A stretch of 64,000 nucleotides of DNA. Source: a virus. The notes under the pieces were generated by a model. That model saw nothing but the letters and a program-made list of their open reading frames with translations, searched no databases and had not been told where the DNA came from. The stretch covers positions 32,001-96,000 of the IMG/VR virus record IMGVR_UViG_3300042908_000680. One strand, given 5' to 3'. Each line of letters begins with the position of its first letter. Position 1 is the stretch's first letter. Of the stretch, positions 30,601-39,951 are shown one piece after another. A program made the position numbers and the translations under genes.

Positions 30601-30902
30601 ATCTGGGAAATAGTGGAATAGCCATAGCTAATAGTGGAATAAATCTTACTAACTCTATGTTTATTGAAGGGTACATGCCTAATGGAATGTCTGCTGCTCC
30701 CAACCTATCTACCAAAACTAGCGGTATTTTAATTCCAAAAGATATCAATTGGGCAAATTCTGGCACTATATTTATTATGAACAGAGATACAACATCTGTT
30801 ATTCATTCTGGTGCTTATGTAATAGCCGCTAGAGTCAACGATGAATATAAACCAATATGGGTGAGTGCTAGCGATACGGCTTGCGTCTGCTGCAATCATT
30901 AA
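27669..30902 (+). CDS. large beta-solenoid fibre protein
   Basis: Two blocks of about 14-aa NTAIGYxAL repeats (YadA-head-like); ends in CVCCNH. Confidence 0.7.
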   Translation: MILSKSQLVNNINSEISDQSYGQISPYDIRHNLLDIIDSVHNLTSSQDLTSLNLATFADGNTKVGQLTLENIALAGYSSQDNTAIGYSALKSNYQSIKNTAVGSYSLSCNIYGQSNVAIGYNALAGNTVGNLNVGLGSYTLHNNKSGNGNIAIGHGAGYYVDKNTNNKLFIAYHPIDGSYICSNPNGSGLTPLVYGDLSTIQLGIGVKLLHPYGKLQIGGDVTPSGDTVLNLGHPLYNWKNLYLSNSLIFSNTASIGQDSSYGLSVKGILSPTVDNFFTLGQSEKRWSAGYFRNLVVDGTANINNLVTINTQNYSGIYLYLGTNSVLNPIYSDAGLIGGGLILKSTNSREYALSYYPPSSGMPCFVGEYEKSTFRTNTSFQVPSTAYIQANSFISYNASGVSNNDCYGLFFNSGITYISRKNILGSNPGASDGVLAGIGNVNFLSNSGELTNYVMSVSSIESGVSVSQRFLTGTKIRQKDSSNNNKDKLSGFEIKYIDDSNLGIIGPLTDRLVVGSYDRTSKFVNGLVVMKNDQDGSVMGVTNIASITENVIPKTIFNVRSSNNCIGRFTSENNGNYKAAIQLLARENCEASGVEIAYLNNSGIADVIIYKNSNATNFIRMKDINEIGILSSGITNATITIGHSGIAKLPVISLKDSLGVGDLTVNPSGGYGKLYNLRAEKGFANQCNSLYFMDGSGNSTDLVVNKLDNVDGRAVYVDGSGNTFAGYLSPSGRKAITRAINNNISYGYQALYSILSGSGNLAIGYDSLYNLSSGNNNIVIGESSASGLRNTSNNIIIGNKSFNKTADLSNTSGNIIIGHNIGASQSGSYQFLLGNRPNVVLLEGRLGPNNTDKFLSLPSSGRLYINNHDNTEGLCVKSNLIEVIDSGGSDYPQNDLRFRFIGNNSSDLLILNHDAEPLYNTPRYAEHIVDGDMAIATPYAELNGDLRLRGYLLFSDRTTLTSASGITHATLLADSGVHLGNSGIAIANSGINLTNSMFIEGYMPNGMSAAPNLSTKTSGILIPKDINWANSGTIFIMNRDTTSVIHSGAYVIAARVNDEYKPIWVSASDTACVCCNH

Positions 30903-30913
30903 AGGATATAGCT

Positions 30914-31984
30914 ATGGGCAGACCAAATGACCCGTGTTTCAAAAAGCCAGCACCATATTTAACTTATGCAGAACCGGTAACTACTACTACATTATCTCCA
31001 GAAGATATTGATTTTTTTGTTTTGCCGCAGAATGATGTTCCATGTCCAGAAAAAGATAGTCTTTACCAGTTTACTCCTAAATATAAGAGATTGAGTAATC
31101 TTTTTACACAAGTATCTACGGTGAGAGTCAATATTGCTGGATGTGAGCCATATTCATTAAACTTAATCGGAAATGATAAAGATTTTTTTGAATTAAGTGG
31201 TAGTGGATTATATTTTAATTATACAAATGCTGTCGCTAGAAGTTATAGCGTTACTGTAACTGCTAATAATTTGATAGGATCAGTGCTTAGTAGTGCTAAT
31301 TTTTCTTTGGGAGTGAATGTTTTAGCTTGTAGTACTACTACTACAAGTAGCACTTCCACAAGTACTAGCACAAGTACTTCTCAGCCCCCACCACCACCAC
31401 CACCAAGCACCAGTACTAGCACTTCCACAAGTACTAGCACTAGCACTAGCACTTCAACCAGCACAAGTACCTCTACTAGTACAAGTACTAGCACTCCGAC
31501 TACTAGTACAAGCACTACTAGCACAAGCACCACTAGTACAAGCACAACCGGTACAAGCACTACTGGAACCAGCACAACTGGAACCAGCACCACTGGCACA
31601 AGCACTACTGGAACCAGCACCACTGGAACCAGCACCACTGGAACCAGCACAACCGGTACAAGCACCACTGGAACTACACAAAGTCCTCCTGACCCACCGG
31701 TTGGAACAACTACTACACCACCAACAACCACTACAACTACTTCATCTCCAACTCCACCACCACCCGCTTGTCCACCGCCATCCGTTGATAATGGTAAAGG
31801 GGCTTGTTGTGATGGAGATGTCTGCGAATGCCCCGGTGAAACTTATCAGTGTGGATCAACTACTGGGTTTGATATGGTATGTTGTCCCAGTATAGCTGGA
31901 TGGATATGCGCTGACGGGATTTGCTTACTCGTTCCTATAACATCACCACCCGCGTTTTCTAATATAGGGGTATTTAAATTTTAA
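30914..31984 (+). CDS. Ser/Thr-rich mucin-like protein with Cys-rich C-terminus
   Basis: ATG 30914 after AAAGGA; Ig/cadherin-like segment, (ST)n and (GTSTT)8 stalk, Cys-rich tip. Confidence 0.75.
   Translation: MGRPNDPCFKKPAPYLTYAEPVTTTTLSPEDIDFFVLPQNDVPCPEKDSLYQFTPKYKRLSNLFTQVSTVRVNIAGCEPYSLNLIGNDKDFFELSGSGLYFNYTNAVARSYSVTVTANNLIGSVLSSANFSLGVNVLACSTTTTSSTSTSTSTSTSQPPPPPPPSTSTSTSTSTSTSTSTSTSTSTSTSTSTSTPTTSTSTTSTSTTSTSTTGTSTTGTSTTGTSTTGTSTTGTSTTGTSTTGTSTTGTSTTGTTQSPPDPPVGTTTTPPTTTTTTSSPTPPPPACPPPSVDNGKGACCDGDVCECPGETYQCGSTTGFDMVCCPSIAGWICADGICLLVPITSPPAFSNIGVFKF
31330..31760 (+). repeat. low-complexity Thr/Ser/Pro coding repeats
   Basis: Eight 15-bp GTSTT units at 31550-31669 plus (ST)n and poly-Pro. 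Confidence 0.9.
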
Positions 31985-32487
31985 TGTCATCACAAGTCTA
32001 TAAAAATAAAGTTAAATTAATTCCATCCATAGAAGAAGTAATATCATCATTACGTTCTTTTGATATTAATTTTATTCTTATCGGAAGTGAAGTGGGAAAA
32101 ATATATAATTTGTGTGAATTTACTAAGGACATAGATTTATTAATAGATCCATCTACAAAAAATTTCAAAAAACTATATAGATATTTAAAACAACACTTTA
32201 ATATTAATTTTAAATCTTTATGCGCATTAGATAGAATAGTTTTAGTTGTAAAAGAAAAAACAATTGAAATATTTATTCGTGATGCATTATTTGTAGATTA
32301 TGATTTCAACAAAAAAAACCATATAACAGAAAAATTCTTTAATAATATAGTTACTATTCTCCCAGAGGAAGAATATATAAATTCTGTCAAAAAATGTATA
32401 ATTTATCATATATCAAAACAAAATTTGGAATCAGCATCAAAATATATAAATATTTTAAACAAATATAATAAGAAGTACTCAATATGA
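31984..32487 (+). CDS. Pol-beta-superfamily nucleotidyltransferase-like protein
   Basis: FILIGS...TKDIDLLI (GS plus DxD); very AT-rich. Confidence 0.6.
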   Translation: MSSQVYKNKVKLIPSIEEVISSLRSFDINFILIGSEVGKIYNLCEFTKDIDLLIDPSTKNFKKLYRYLKQHFNINFKSLCALDRIVLVVKEKTIEIFIRDALFVDYDFNKKNHITEKFFNNIVTILPEEEYINSVKKCIIYHISKQNLESASKYINILNKYNKKYSI

Positions 32488-35417
32488 ATTGCCCATGTGG
32501 ATCAATATTAATACCTAAAGGAACCAAGTATTCAGAATATGGACTTGGCTTAAAGGTGCTACATACTCAGGGCGAGATTATTCTTAAACTCGTTCATGAT
32601 CAAGATAGCACACTAAATAACGAGCAGGAATTCATAACAACCTCTGAAAAATGTACACTTAATAGTGATATTGTAATTACTGGATTTGAAGTATTTTGGG
32701 ACAAAAGGTTTCCATCCACTGTAAGTTTAACAAATTCTATACAGGTGTCCATAAAACAATATCTATCTGATACAGTACTTGGATTTGAAAGTATAAGCTT
32801 ACTACAAGATGAAAAGATAACTATAAATGATTGTCGTTCTATTTCTACTAATCTATTCAATAAAAAACTTTTGGTATCAATCAAAAGTATTTGTTCTTAT
32901 GATATAAGCTGTTGCGGAAAATCTCCAAGCATTAGTTTATCTCCATCATCAAAAAATATTGATGTTCCATGCCTACAGGATAGAAAGTTAGATCTAGTAA
33001 CTGGAATAAAGATTGAACATATCGACATAAATGATGTTTTAGTTACTTGGGATGTTTTTGATTCTAGTGGCGATGTTTCTTATAGAGTAGATATATCTAA
33101 CAATAACGGTCAGACTTGGACTAATGTATCTACAACTGTATTAAATAGTCAACTTGTAAAAGATCTTCCCGATGGAACATACATAGTCAGAATTACTGGA
33201 ATAGTATCTGGCATCGACGGTAGTAGTGGATATAGTAATAGTTTTACTATTAATACTGTTCAAATTGGTCCAGTTGTTAATGTGATAGTAACACCAGCTA
33301 GTCCTAATAGTGGAACTATTACGTGGGAATTACCAACTGGTGGTGGCACAACTGGTGGTGGAACCCCAGTATACATAATAGAAATATCTAACGATGGTGG
33401 ATTAACTTGGAGCAGTCCGGTTGTAACAACAGACCCCTCATATACTTTTACTAATTTGCCAGATGGCACTTATATAATTAGAATAACTACAGATTATCAA
33501 GATAATATTGGATGTTTAGTTGTAACTCAAGATTCTAATGGTAATACAACATCTCAAATTGTGTCATCTAACGCTTTAGATTATTTTATATCTCATCTTC
33601 CAGCCGGTACTATTGTAGTTGGAAATACTCAAATATCTTTAGATACTTTATCGACTACAATAACTTTTACTATTCCACTTACAACAACGTCAACGACAAC
33701 AATTGCTCCAACGACCACTAGCACAAGTACTTCCACTAGCACAAGTACTTCCACAACTGGCACTAGTACAAGTACATCAACTAGTACTTCTACTTCTACT
33801 TCTACTTCTACTTCTACAAGTACTAGCACTTCAACCAGTATAAGCCCCTCTACTACTACGTGTTCACCATTATTATTTGCTACTTGCGCACAAGAAAGCG
33901 ACTGTGGCTATTTAGTTAGAGAGTATGTTCTTGATTGTAATAAATACTGTGAATATAGTGACGGTTGCCCTCCCCTGCTGCCACCCCTGCTTCCACCCGA
34001 TACTTCTACAACAAGTACTAGCACATCCACAAGCACCAGTACTAGCACATCCACAAGCACCAGTACTAGCACCAGTACTAGCACTAGTACCAGTACCACT
34101 ACTAATGGTCCACCTCAACCACCACCCTCGACCACAACTACTACTACTACATGTAATCCAAATAATGTTCAAGGTACATGTCCACCATCAAATGACTGTG
34201 TAGAATGGAAAGATTTAGGCGTTAATCCTTATACTTGCACTAAAGTATGTAGTTCAAAAGAGAAAACTGGACTATGCTGCTATGTTGCTGGGGGTATATC
34301 AATGTTTAGCATCACTACATGTAATGAATGTTTTGTAGCGGGTAGACTAGATGTTTCATTTATATCTGGAGCAGAATGCGGAGATGATTGCGCTAGTATA
34401 TGTAACACATATGGATGTACTTCACAAGATGGTTGTGAAAAAGGTAATGGAGATATGTCTTATGAAGATTGCCATGATGTATGTATAAAACCGTGGTATT
34501 GTACTGTGCCGGGAGTTACCCCTTGTGCGCAAAGTGTTTATTGGCACGATATAAGTCTAGAGCCAGACGCTTTTGATAATAAGTATGATTGTAATAAAGC
34601 TTGTACCACCACAGCTACTACTAGTACAACGGGTACTACCAGTACAACAAGTCAACCCACTAGCACCACAACTGGCCAACCTACTAGTACTACAACAGGT
34701 CAGCCAACTAGCACCACTGAGCAAGCAACTACTACCCCCATTGTTACAACTCCACAAGCTACAACTACTCCAAATGTTACTATTCCACCAGTTATAGATA
34801 ATACAACTACGCTTCAAGCTACAACAACATCGTCAGGAACAACTTCTGGCCCTTCCGATGGTGGCGGCGGTGGCGGCGGTGGCGGCGGTGGAGGTGGTGG
34901 AGGTGGTGGAGGTGGTGGAGGTGGTGGAGGTGGTGGTGGCGGCGGCGGGGGTAATGTTGGTGTACCATGCCAATATGAGTTCTCGTTAATAGGACCAACA
35001 CCAATAACTCAAGAGCAAGCAAATGCTTGTAATAATAGCACTGGTGATTACGCTGGACCATATAATAGGGGTAGTGTAGTTGTGTCAAACGGTCAAGCTT
35101 ATTGTTGTTATGGTCCATGCACTCAAGATGGTGATTGTGATGGGGAGTATAATAAGTGTTGTTATGGGGGGTGTATTAATACAAATGACCCAACCCTAAA
35201 TGATCGCATAGAATTTCCAACGCAACAACAGATACAAGACGCAAATTGTTTTCCCGGCGATGTTATATGCCCAGCTGGCTGTTGTCCAGAACCATTCAAA
35301 ACATGTTGCACACATGGAGCGCGAGATCCTGATGGTGGTTATATCTATATTGCTCATGCTTATTGTGGAATATCTGACTGCGACTGCGCTCCACCGCCTT
35401 GGAATCCACAGGCGTGA
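32484..35417 (+). CDS. modular protein with FN3 domains, Ser/Thr linkers, Cys-rich modules and poly-Gly
   Basis: Two FN3-like units (VTW..Y..IS..G.TW..LPDGTYI.RI), (ST)n linkers, several Cys-rich modules, Gly31. Confidence 0.8.
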   Translation: MNCPCGSILIPKGTKYSEYGLGLKVLHTQGEIILKLVHDQDSTLNNEQEFITTSEKCTLNSDIVITGFEVFWDKRFPSTVSLTNSIQVSIKQYLSDTVLGFESISLLQDEKITINDCRSISTNLFNKKLLVSIKSICSYDISCCGKSPSISLSPSSKNIDVPCLQDRKLDLVTGIKIEHIDINDVLVTWDVFDSSGDVSYRVDISNNNGQTWTNVSTTVLNSQLVKDLPDGTYIVRITGIVSGIDGSSGYSNSFTINTVQIGPVVNVIVTPASPNSGTITWELPTGGGTTGGGTPVYIIEISNDGGLTWSSPVVTTDPSYTFTNLPDGTYIIRITTDYQDNIGCLVVTQDSNGNTTSQIVSSNALDYFISHLPAGTIVVGNTQISLDTLSTTITFTIPLTTTSTTTIAPTTTSTSTSTSTSTSTTGTSTSTSTSTSTSTSTSTSTSTSTSTSISPSTTTCSPLLFATCAQESDCGYLVREYVLDCNKYCEYSDGCPPLLPPLLPPDTSTTSTSTSTSTSTSTSTSTSTSTSTSTSTSTTTNGPPQPPPSTTTTTTTCNPNNVQGTCPPSNDCVEWKDLGVNPYTCTKVCSSKEKTGLCCYVAGGISMFSITTCNECFVAGRLDVSFISGAECGDDCASICNTYGCTSQDGCEKGNGDMSYEDCHDVCIKPWYCTVPGVTPCAQSVYWHDISLEPDAFDNKYDCNKACTTTATTSTTGTTSTTSQPTSTTTGQPTSTTTGQPTSTTEQATTTPIVTTPQATTTPNVTIPPVIDNTTTLQATTTSSGTTSGPSDGGGGGGGGGGGGGGGGGGGGGGGGGGGGGGGNVGVPCQYEFSLIGPTPITQEQANACNNSTGDYAGPYNRGSVVVSNGQAYCCYGPCTQDGDCDGEYNKCCYGGCINTNDPTLNDRIEFPTQQQIQDANCFPGDVICPAGCCPEPFKTCCTHGARDPDGGYIYIAHAYCGISDCDCAPPPWNPQA
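34860..34952 (+). repeat. GGN trinucleotide tract coding 31 Gly
   Basis: 93 bp of GGT/GGC/GGA/GGG codons. Confidence 0.95.
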
Positions 35418-35496
35418 TAAATTAGTGACTATTAATTTGCAATACAGTCAATTCAATAAATTTTGACTATAACATTTCATAGAAAGAGAGGACATT

Positions 35497-36096
35497 ATGA
35501 ATATTTCAAAAACTATTACTATTCAACCACCGCCATATTCTGATAATTCTGGAAAGATTTTTAATCCACCAGAGATTAAATTAGAAGAACTAAATTTAAT
35601 ATTTATAGACAATCCAAAAGCTAAAACTTTATCTGTTCAAATACCACAATTACCAATAAATATCACGATATGGGGTGGCTCAGATTATGATCTAATTGGC
35701 GATTGGACAAAATCTCAAGCTGAAAAAAAATTAGAGACTATTCTTGGTGATAACCCTTCTGCATATCTTAGGTCTTTGTATCCCAAAACTCTAGAAGAAC
35801 ACCCAAATCATCCCGGCACTATTCTTTCTAAAATGATTAAAAGTGTTGGAATTCAAATGACAGATAGTTGCTCATGTAAACGCCATGCTCTAGAAATGAA
35901 TGAACATGGAAATGATTGGTGTGAGCAAAATATTGATACCGTTGTTGGGTGGCTTCGTGAAGAAGCTAGTAGAAGAGGACTTCCATTTATGGACGCTTTA
36001 GGCAAGCTATTAGTGGGTCGAGCAATTAAAAAATCCCGCAAATTGCTGGCAAATGAGCCGGTTCCAGAAAACGACGAAGATCTAGATACTATCTAG
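35497..36096 (+). CDS. two-domain hypothetical protein with C-terminal CxC...WC helical domain
   Basis: PGTILSKMI..GI...CSC..A.EMN..G.DWC..N..VVGWL.EEA..RGLPF. Confidence 0.7.
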   Translation: MNISKTITIQPPPYSDNSGKIFNPPEIKLEELNLIFIDNPKAKTLSVQIPQLPINITIWGGSDYDLIGDWTKSQAEKKLETILGDNPSAYLRSLYPKTLEEHPNHPGTILSKMIKSVGIQMTDSCSCKRHALEMNEHGNDWCEQNIDTVVGWLREEASRRGLPFMDALGKLLVGRAIKKSRKLLANEPVPENDEDLDTI

Positions 36097-36101
36097 TTTT
36101 G

Positions 36102-36111
36102 GTGTATATTA
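36102..36111 (+). promoter_or_regulatory. putative late promoter GTGTATATTA
   Basis: Intergenic, before the neck genes. Confidence 0.65.
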
Positions 36112-36148
36112 CATAGAGAAGCCAAAAAACAAAAAACGGGGACTTTTT

Positions 36149-36670
36149 ATGTCTTGGAGAAGCCAGATACCGTTAATGGTCAGGCATTTAATAAATGACC
36201 TAGAACCATCTAATTACAAATATTCTGATGATAGGATAGAAACATCTGTTCTAGTTAGCGCACAAATGCTAACTATAGAAACGGATTTTCCTAATTCCTA
36301 TTCTATAGATATTGCTAATGGTCAGCTATCTCCAGACCCTACCAGCGTTGATACAAAAGATAATGCATTTATGAACTTAACTGCATTAAAAACCGCTTGT
36401 ATCATAGTTGGTAGCGAACTAAAGACCGAAGCTTCAAATGCAATCTCTATCAAAGATGGACCCTCTGCTATAGACTTAAGGGGAGTAGCCTCTACCCTAT
36501 CAGTTCTATACAAAGACCTCTCTGATAAATACGCTAAACTACTACTAGATTACCGTGCTGGTGGTAGCATAGTTGGACACGCTATTCTTGGCCCATATAG
36601 TCCAGCTAGTGACTACGTTGTTAGAACCCACGGTGATTACGATTCCAGAGGCGGCTATTTTAGATATTAA
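36149..36670 (+). CDS. head-tail adaptor/neck protein
   Basis: VRHLINDL...YSDDRI and ISIKDG.SAID adaptor-like motifs; gene position. Confidence 0.6.
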   Translation: MSWRSQIPLMVRHLINDLEPSNYKYSDDRIETSVLVSAQMLTIETDFPNSYSIDIANGQLSPDPTSVDTKDNAFMNLTALKTACIIVGSELKTEASNAISIKDGPSAIDLRGVASTLSVLYKDLSDKYAKLLLDYRAGGSIVGHAILGPYSPASDYVVRTHGDYDSRGGYFRY

Positions 36671-36682
36671 TGGAGGATCAAG

Positions 36683-37627
36683 ATGACCGTTCGCTCAAAA
36701 GATGATTTAAAAACATACATAGCTGGCGTTTTACCAGACAACAATGCTGGTCAAATTTCTGCCGCTGATGTTAGAAATAGTATTATTGACACTGTTGATT
36801 CTATAAATCAAATTGTGGCTAGTGGCTTTTTTGACTCTTCAACGCCATTTGTGAACAATGTAAGACTTCAAAAAGACGGAAACACTGGCGGCATATTGCG
36901 CGTTGGTTCTGGTATTGATTTTATTAGTGGTGGCGGTATGCAATATGTTCCATACCCCGGCCCCGGTGGAATATCTCATAGCGGTTTAGCCGATTTGAGT
37001 GCCGGTGATCCACATACACAATATTTAATATCAAATGGTAGCAGATCCATGACCGGCAGTTTGGGTATGAGAAATAATTGGATTAACTCTAGCGGTTCTG
37101 CTGATATAACAAATAATAATGGCTATAGAGGTTTGCAGTTTAGCTATGTAAATCCAACTGGCGAAAATATTAATGTTGGTAGTGGCACATCTTTCGTTTA
37201 TTTAAAAGACGCCTCAAGAATGAATTCTGCCCGAGGTGTAGCAAAAGCTTGGATTAGGTTTGACTCGACCAGTGGAGTTGCTGCTGGTAAATCATTATAT
37301 GTTTTAGATTCATATAATATTTCTGCTATTAAGCACGAAGATGCTGGTAAATTTACAATTACTTTTAGTTCTGGCGTTTTTAAGGACAATAACTATATTG
37401 CAATTGGTCATAGCAATGCTAGATCTAGTGCTAGTGGCATAACTGATTTTAGCCAATGCACAGTAAGTACTCCATATAGAACTGGAAATGATGCCAATTC
37501 TCTAAGGAAAATTAGTTTTGCTGTTTTAGACGATAGTAACACATATGTAAATGCCAAAATAAATGAATTAGTAGTATTTGGTACAGAACCGAATGGTTCG
37601 GGAAATCCTAGCGTCACTATAGAATAA
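36683..37627 (+). CDS. virion fibre-like protein
   Basis: N-terminus homologous to ORF 27669; DPHTQYL motif; C-terminal AKAWIRF..SYNIS..G.FTITF domain. Confidence 0.6.
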   Translation: MTVRSKDDLKTYIAGVLPDNNAGQISAADVRNSIIDTVDSINQIVASGFFDSSTPFVNNVRLQKDGNTGGILRVGSGIDFISGGGMQYVPYPGPGGISHSGLADLSAGDPHTQYLISNGSRSMTGSLGMRNNWINSSGSADITNNNGYRGLQFSYVNPTGENINVGSGTSFVYLKDASRMNSARGVAKAWIRFDSTSGVAAGKSLYVLDSYNISAIKHEDAGKFTITFSSGVFKDNNYIAIGHSNARSSASGITDFSQCTVSTPYRTGNDANSLRKISFAVLDDSNTYVNAKINELVVFGTEPNGSGNPSVTIE

Positions 37628-39429
37628 TGATTAATATATACGATAGAATAAAAGAAAGAACCTACACTATTGGTACTGGCAACTTCGCTCTTAGTGGAGT
37701 TGTACAGGGATTTTCTTCATTCTCATCTGTATATTCAAATAGCGGCGAGTTGTTCTATGCTGTTACTGACGGCACTAACTACGAAATCGGTTCTGGATTA
37801 TACTTATCTTCCAACAATCAGATCAAAAGATTTCCTGTCAGAAGTACTAATAGTAACAACTTAGTAAGCTTTACCGAGGGCTTAAAAGAGATATATGTTA
37901 CTTATCCAGCTAATAATGCTGTATTTAGTACATCTGGCCTTTTTCCAGTTCCACAAAATAGTGGATTAGCATTTTGGAATTCTTCCAACTCTCTATCTTA
38001 CAGCAATAAGTTTACAGTAGATTCTGGCAATGGTCGCATTGGTATCAACAAAAGCAATCCTACCGTATCGATAGATGTTGGCGGATCAAGCTCATCGTCT
38101 AACGTGAAAGCTTCTGGATTTATAGTTGGTAACTCTGGAGTATATTTCCCATCTGGTAATAATGGATTATCATCTTATCTTGGCGGAACTCAGCTAACTC
38201 ATTTTGAAATGAATAAAACAGATGCTTATTCTGCATCCGTCATAGAACTTAGTGGAAATGTTAATCAGCATATATTACTCAAAAAACAAAATGCCGGAAT
38301 GTTTTTCGCTGGACCACCAAGTGGATGTTTGCCACCATGCGATCCACAATATCCAAATTTTAGACCATTAACTCTAGAAGATGTGCCAGAATTATCTAAT
38401 ATATCTGGAATTTTAAATGCAAGAATTATTTCTACTTCTGGCTCTTTAAATAATAGCATAGTTTCAGCATCTGGCTCTTTAAATAATAAGATAGTTTCGG
38501 TTTCTGGATATTTAGATAATAAAATAAATTTTATTGCTAGTACTAATATATTATCTCAGTTTAGAATATCAACATCCACAACTGACCCACTCGCTGAAGG
38601 AGTTTCTACAACTATATATTTACATCCATATCTTGGCAATATAATCTCTCTTTTCAATGGATCTACTTGGGAAGAAAAACAATTCTCTAGTACATTGGCG
38701 TTGAATGCGACCTCTGTTAATGCTAACACAAACTATGATATTTTTGCTTATCTAAATGGAAGCACACTTTCATTTGAAAGCGTTGCGTGGAGTAATGATA
38801 CATCTAGAGGTACTGAAATATCATTACAAGATGGAGTATATTGTAAAATCAATGATAAGACTAGAAGGTATCTAGGAAGTGTGCGCAAGACTTCTGGAAA
38901 CTTTTCTAATAATTACAGTAGTAGACTAGTATTTAACGCTTATAATAGAGTTAAAAGATTTAGTGTAGTAAATGCATTTAATAATACTTGGTCACTTACT
39001 ACTACAGCAACTTATAGTATCGTTAACACTAATATAGTGCCTACTATAGAATTTTTATACGGATTGCCAGAAATGATTGATGCCAACATTAATTTATTTG
39101 TGGAAATGCCGGGAGATACTTCAATATATCAATTAATTTTATTGGATAAGCCTTATTCGGAATCTGCTAGAGCAAACAGCAACATTCTTAGTATTAATGA
39201 AATATTTTATGATTTTAATGCTAAAATTAATGCCATTGGTCAAGGATTTTTGTTATATGGTGAATTTACAGATTTTAATAAAATGTTAGCTCACGCTAGT
39301 ATGACAACAGAATTAATTGGCTACTTAGAATTATTAGCAGCAGAAAGAGTTATACTTGGCAATTCTCCAAGTATAAGTATAAATACAAGTTTTGGAGCAA
39401 ATGGTTATAATGCCACTTCCTATCAGTAG
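37627..39429 (+). CDS. tail fibre-like protein
   Basis: DRIKE..TIGTGNFAL.G..GF.SF...YEIG.G N-terminal domain; GRIGINKSNP; SGSLNN repeats. Confidence 0.65.
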   Translation: MINIYDRIKERTYTIGTGNFALSGVVQGFSSFSSVYSNSGELFYAVTDGTNYEIGSGLYLSSNNQIKRFPVRSTNSNNLVSFTEGLKEIYVTYPANNAVFSTSGLFPVPQNSGLAFWNSSNSLSYSNKFTVDSGNGRIGINKSNPTVSIDVGGSSSSSNVKASGFIVGNSGVYFPSGNNGLSSYLGGTQLTHFEMNKTDAYSASVIELSGNVNQHILLKKQNAGMFFAGPPSGCLPPCDPQYPNFRPLTLEDVPELSNISGILNARIISTSGSLNNSIVSASGSLNNKIVSVSGYLDNKINFIASTNILSQFRISTSTTDPLAEGVSTTIYLHPYLGNIISLFNGSTWEEKQFSSTLALNATSVNANTNYDIFAYLNGSTLSFESVAWSNDTSRGTEISLQDGVYCKINDKTRRYLGSVRKTSGNFSNNYSSRLVFNAYNRVKRFSVVNAFNNTWSLTTTATYSIVNTNIVPTIEFLYGLPEMIDANINLFVEMPGDTSIYQLILLDKPYSESARANSNILSINEIFYDFNAKINAIGQGFLLYGEFTDFNKMLAHASMTTELIGYLELLAAERVILGNSPSISINTSFGANGYNATSYQ

Positions 39430-39437
39430 GTTAAAAT

Positions 39438-39944
39438 ATGTTATATAAATTAGTTCAAGAAATAAATAATATACTTCCAATAGTGGGAGTCTCAGAATCA
39501 AACGATGCAATTTCTGTTATGTATATTAATCAGCCAACTGAATCACAATTAGAAGCTATAAATGAGATATTGAACAATTGGCCTTTAAAAAAACTTAAAT
39601 CAGAAAAACTTAAACAATTAGATATAGTTTGGGCCGAAATTGTAAAAACTGGCTGGACAACCCAAGCTGGATATAAACTTGGAATAGATATTCAAGACAT
39701 TACATTATTAACCGGCGCATTCACATTAGCTAAAGAAGCCAACAATATTGGACTTACTGATCCATCATATATAGTTGACACCGAAGGAAATTCTCATGGA
39801 TTATCATTACCAGAATTTACTCAATTGATGTTACAATATGGTCAAGCCAGAGCAACCTTAAGCAATTCATACGCCGCACTAAAACAATCTATTAATGAGT
39901 CTACAAGTATAGAAGAATTAAACGCTATCAACTTAACAATATAG
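39438..39944 (+). CDS. DUF4376-like fibre-associated protein
   Basis: LK.EKL.QL...I..G...D.EG..H.L...INESTSIEELNAI pattern. Confidence 0.55.
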   Translation: MLYKLVQEINNILPIVGVSESNDAISVMYINQPTESQLEAINEILNNWPLKKLKSEKLKQLDIVWAEIVKTGWTTQAGYKLGIDIQDITLLTGAFTLAKEANNIGLTDPSYIVDTEGNSHGLSLPEFTQLMLQYGQARATLSNSYAALKQSINESTSIEELNAINLTI

Positions 39945-39951
39945 GTGACTT

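Noticed and set aside
31550-31669. 15-bp tandem repeats as a possible CRISPR array
   Set aside because: No spacers; in-frame with synonymous variation; they encode GTSTT
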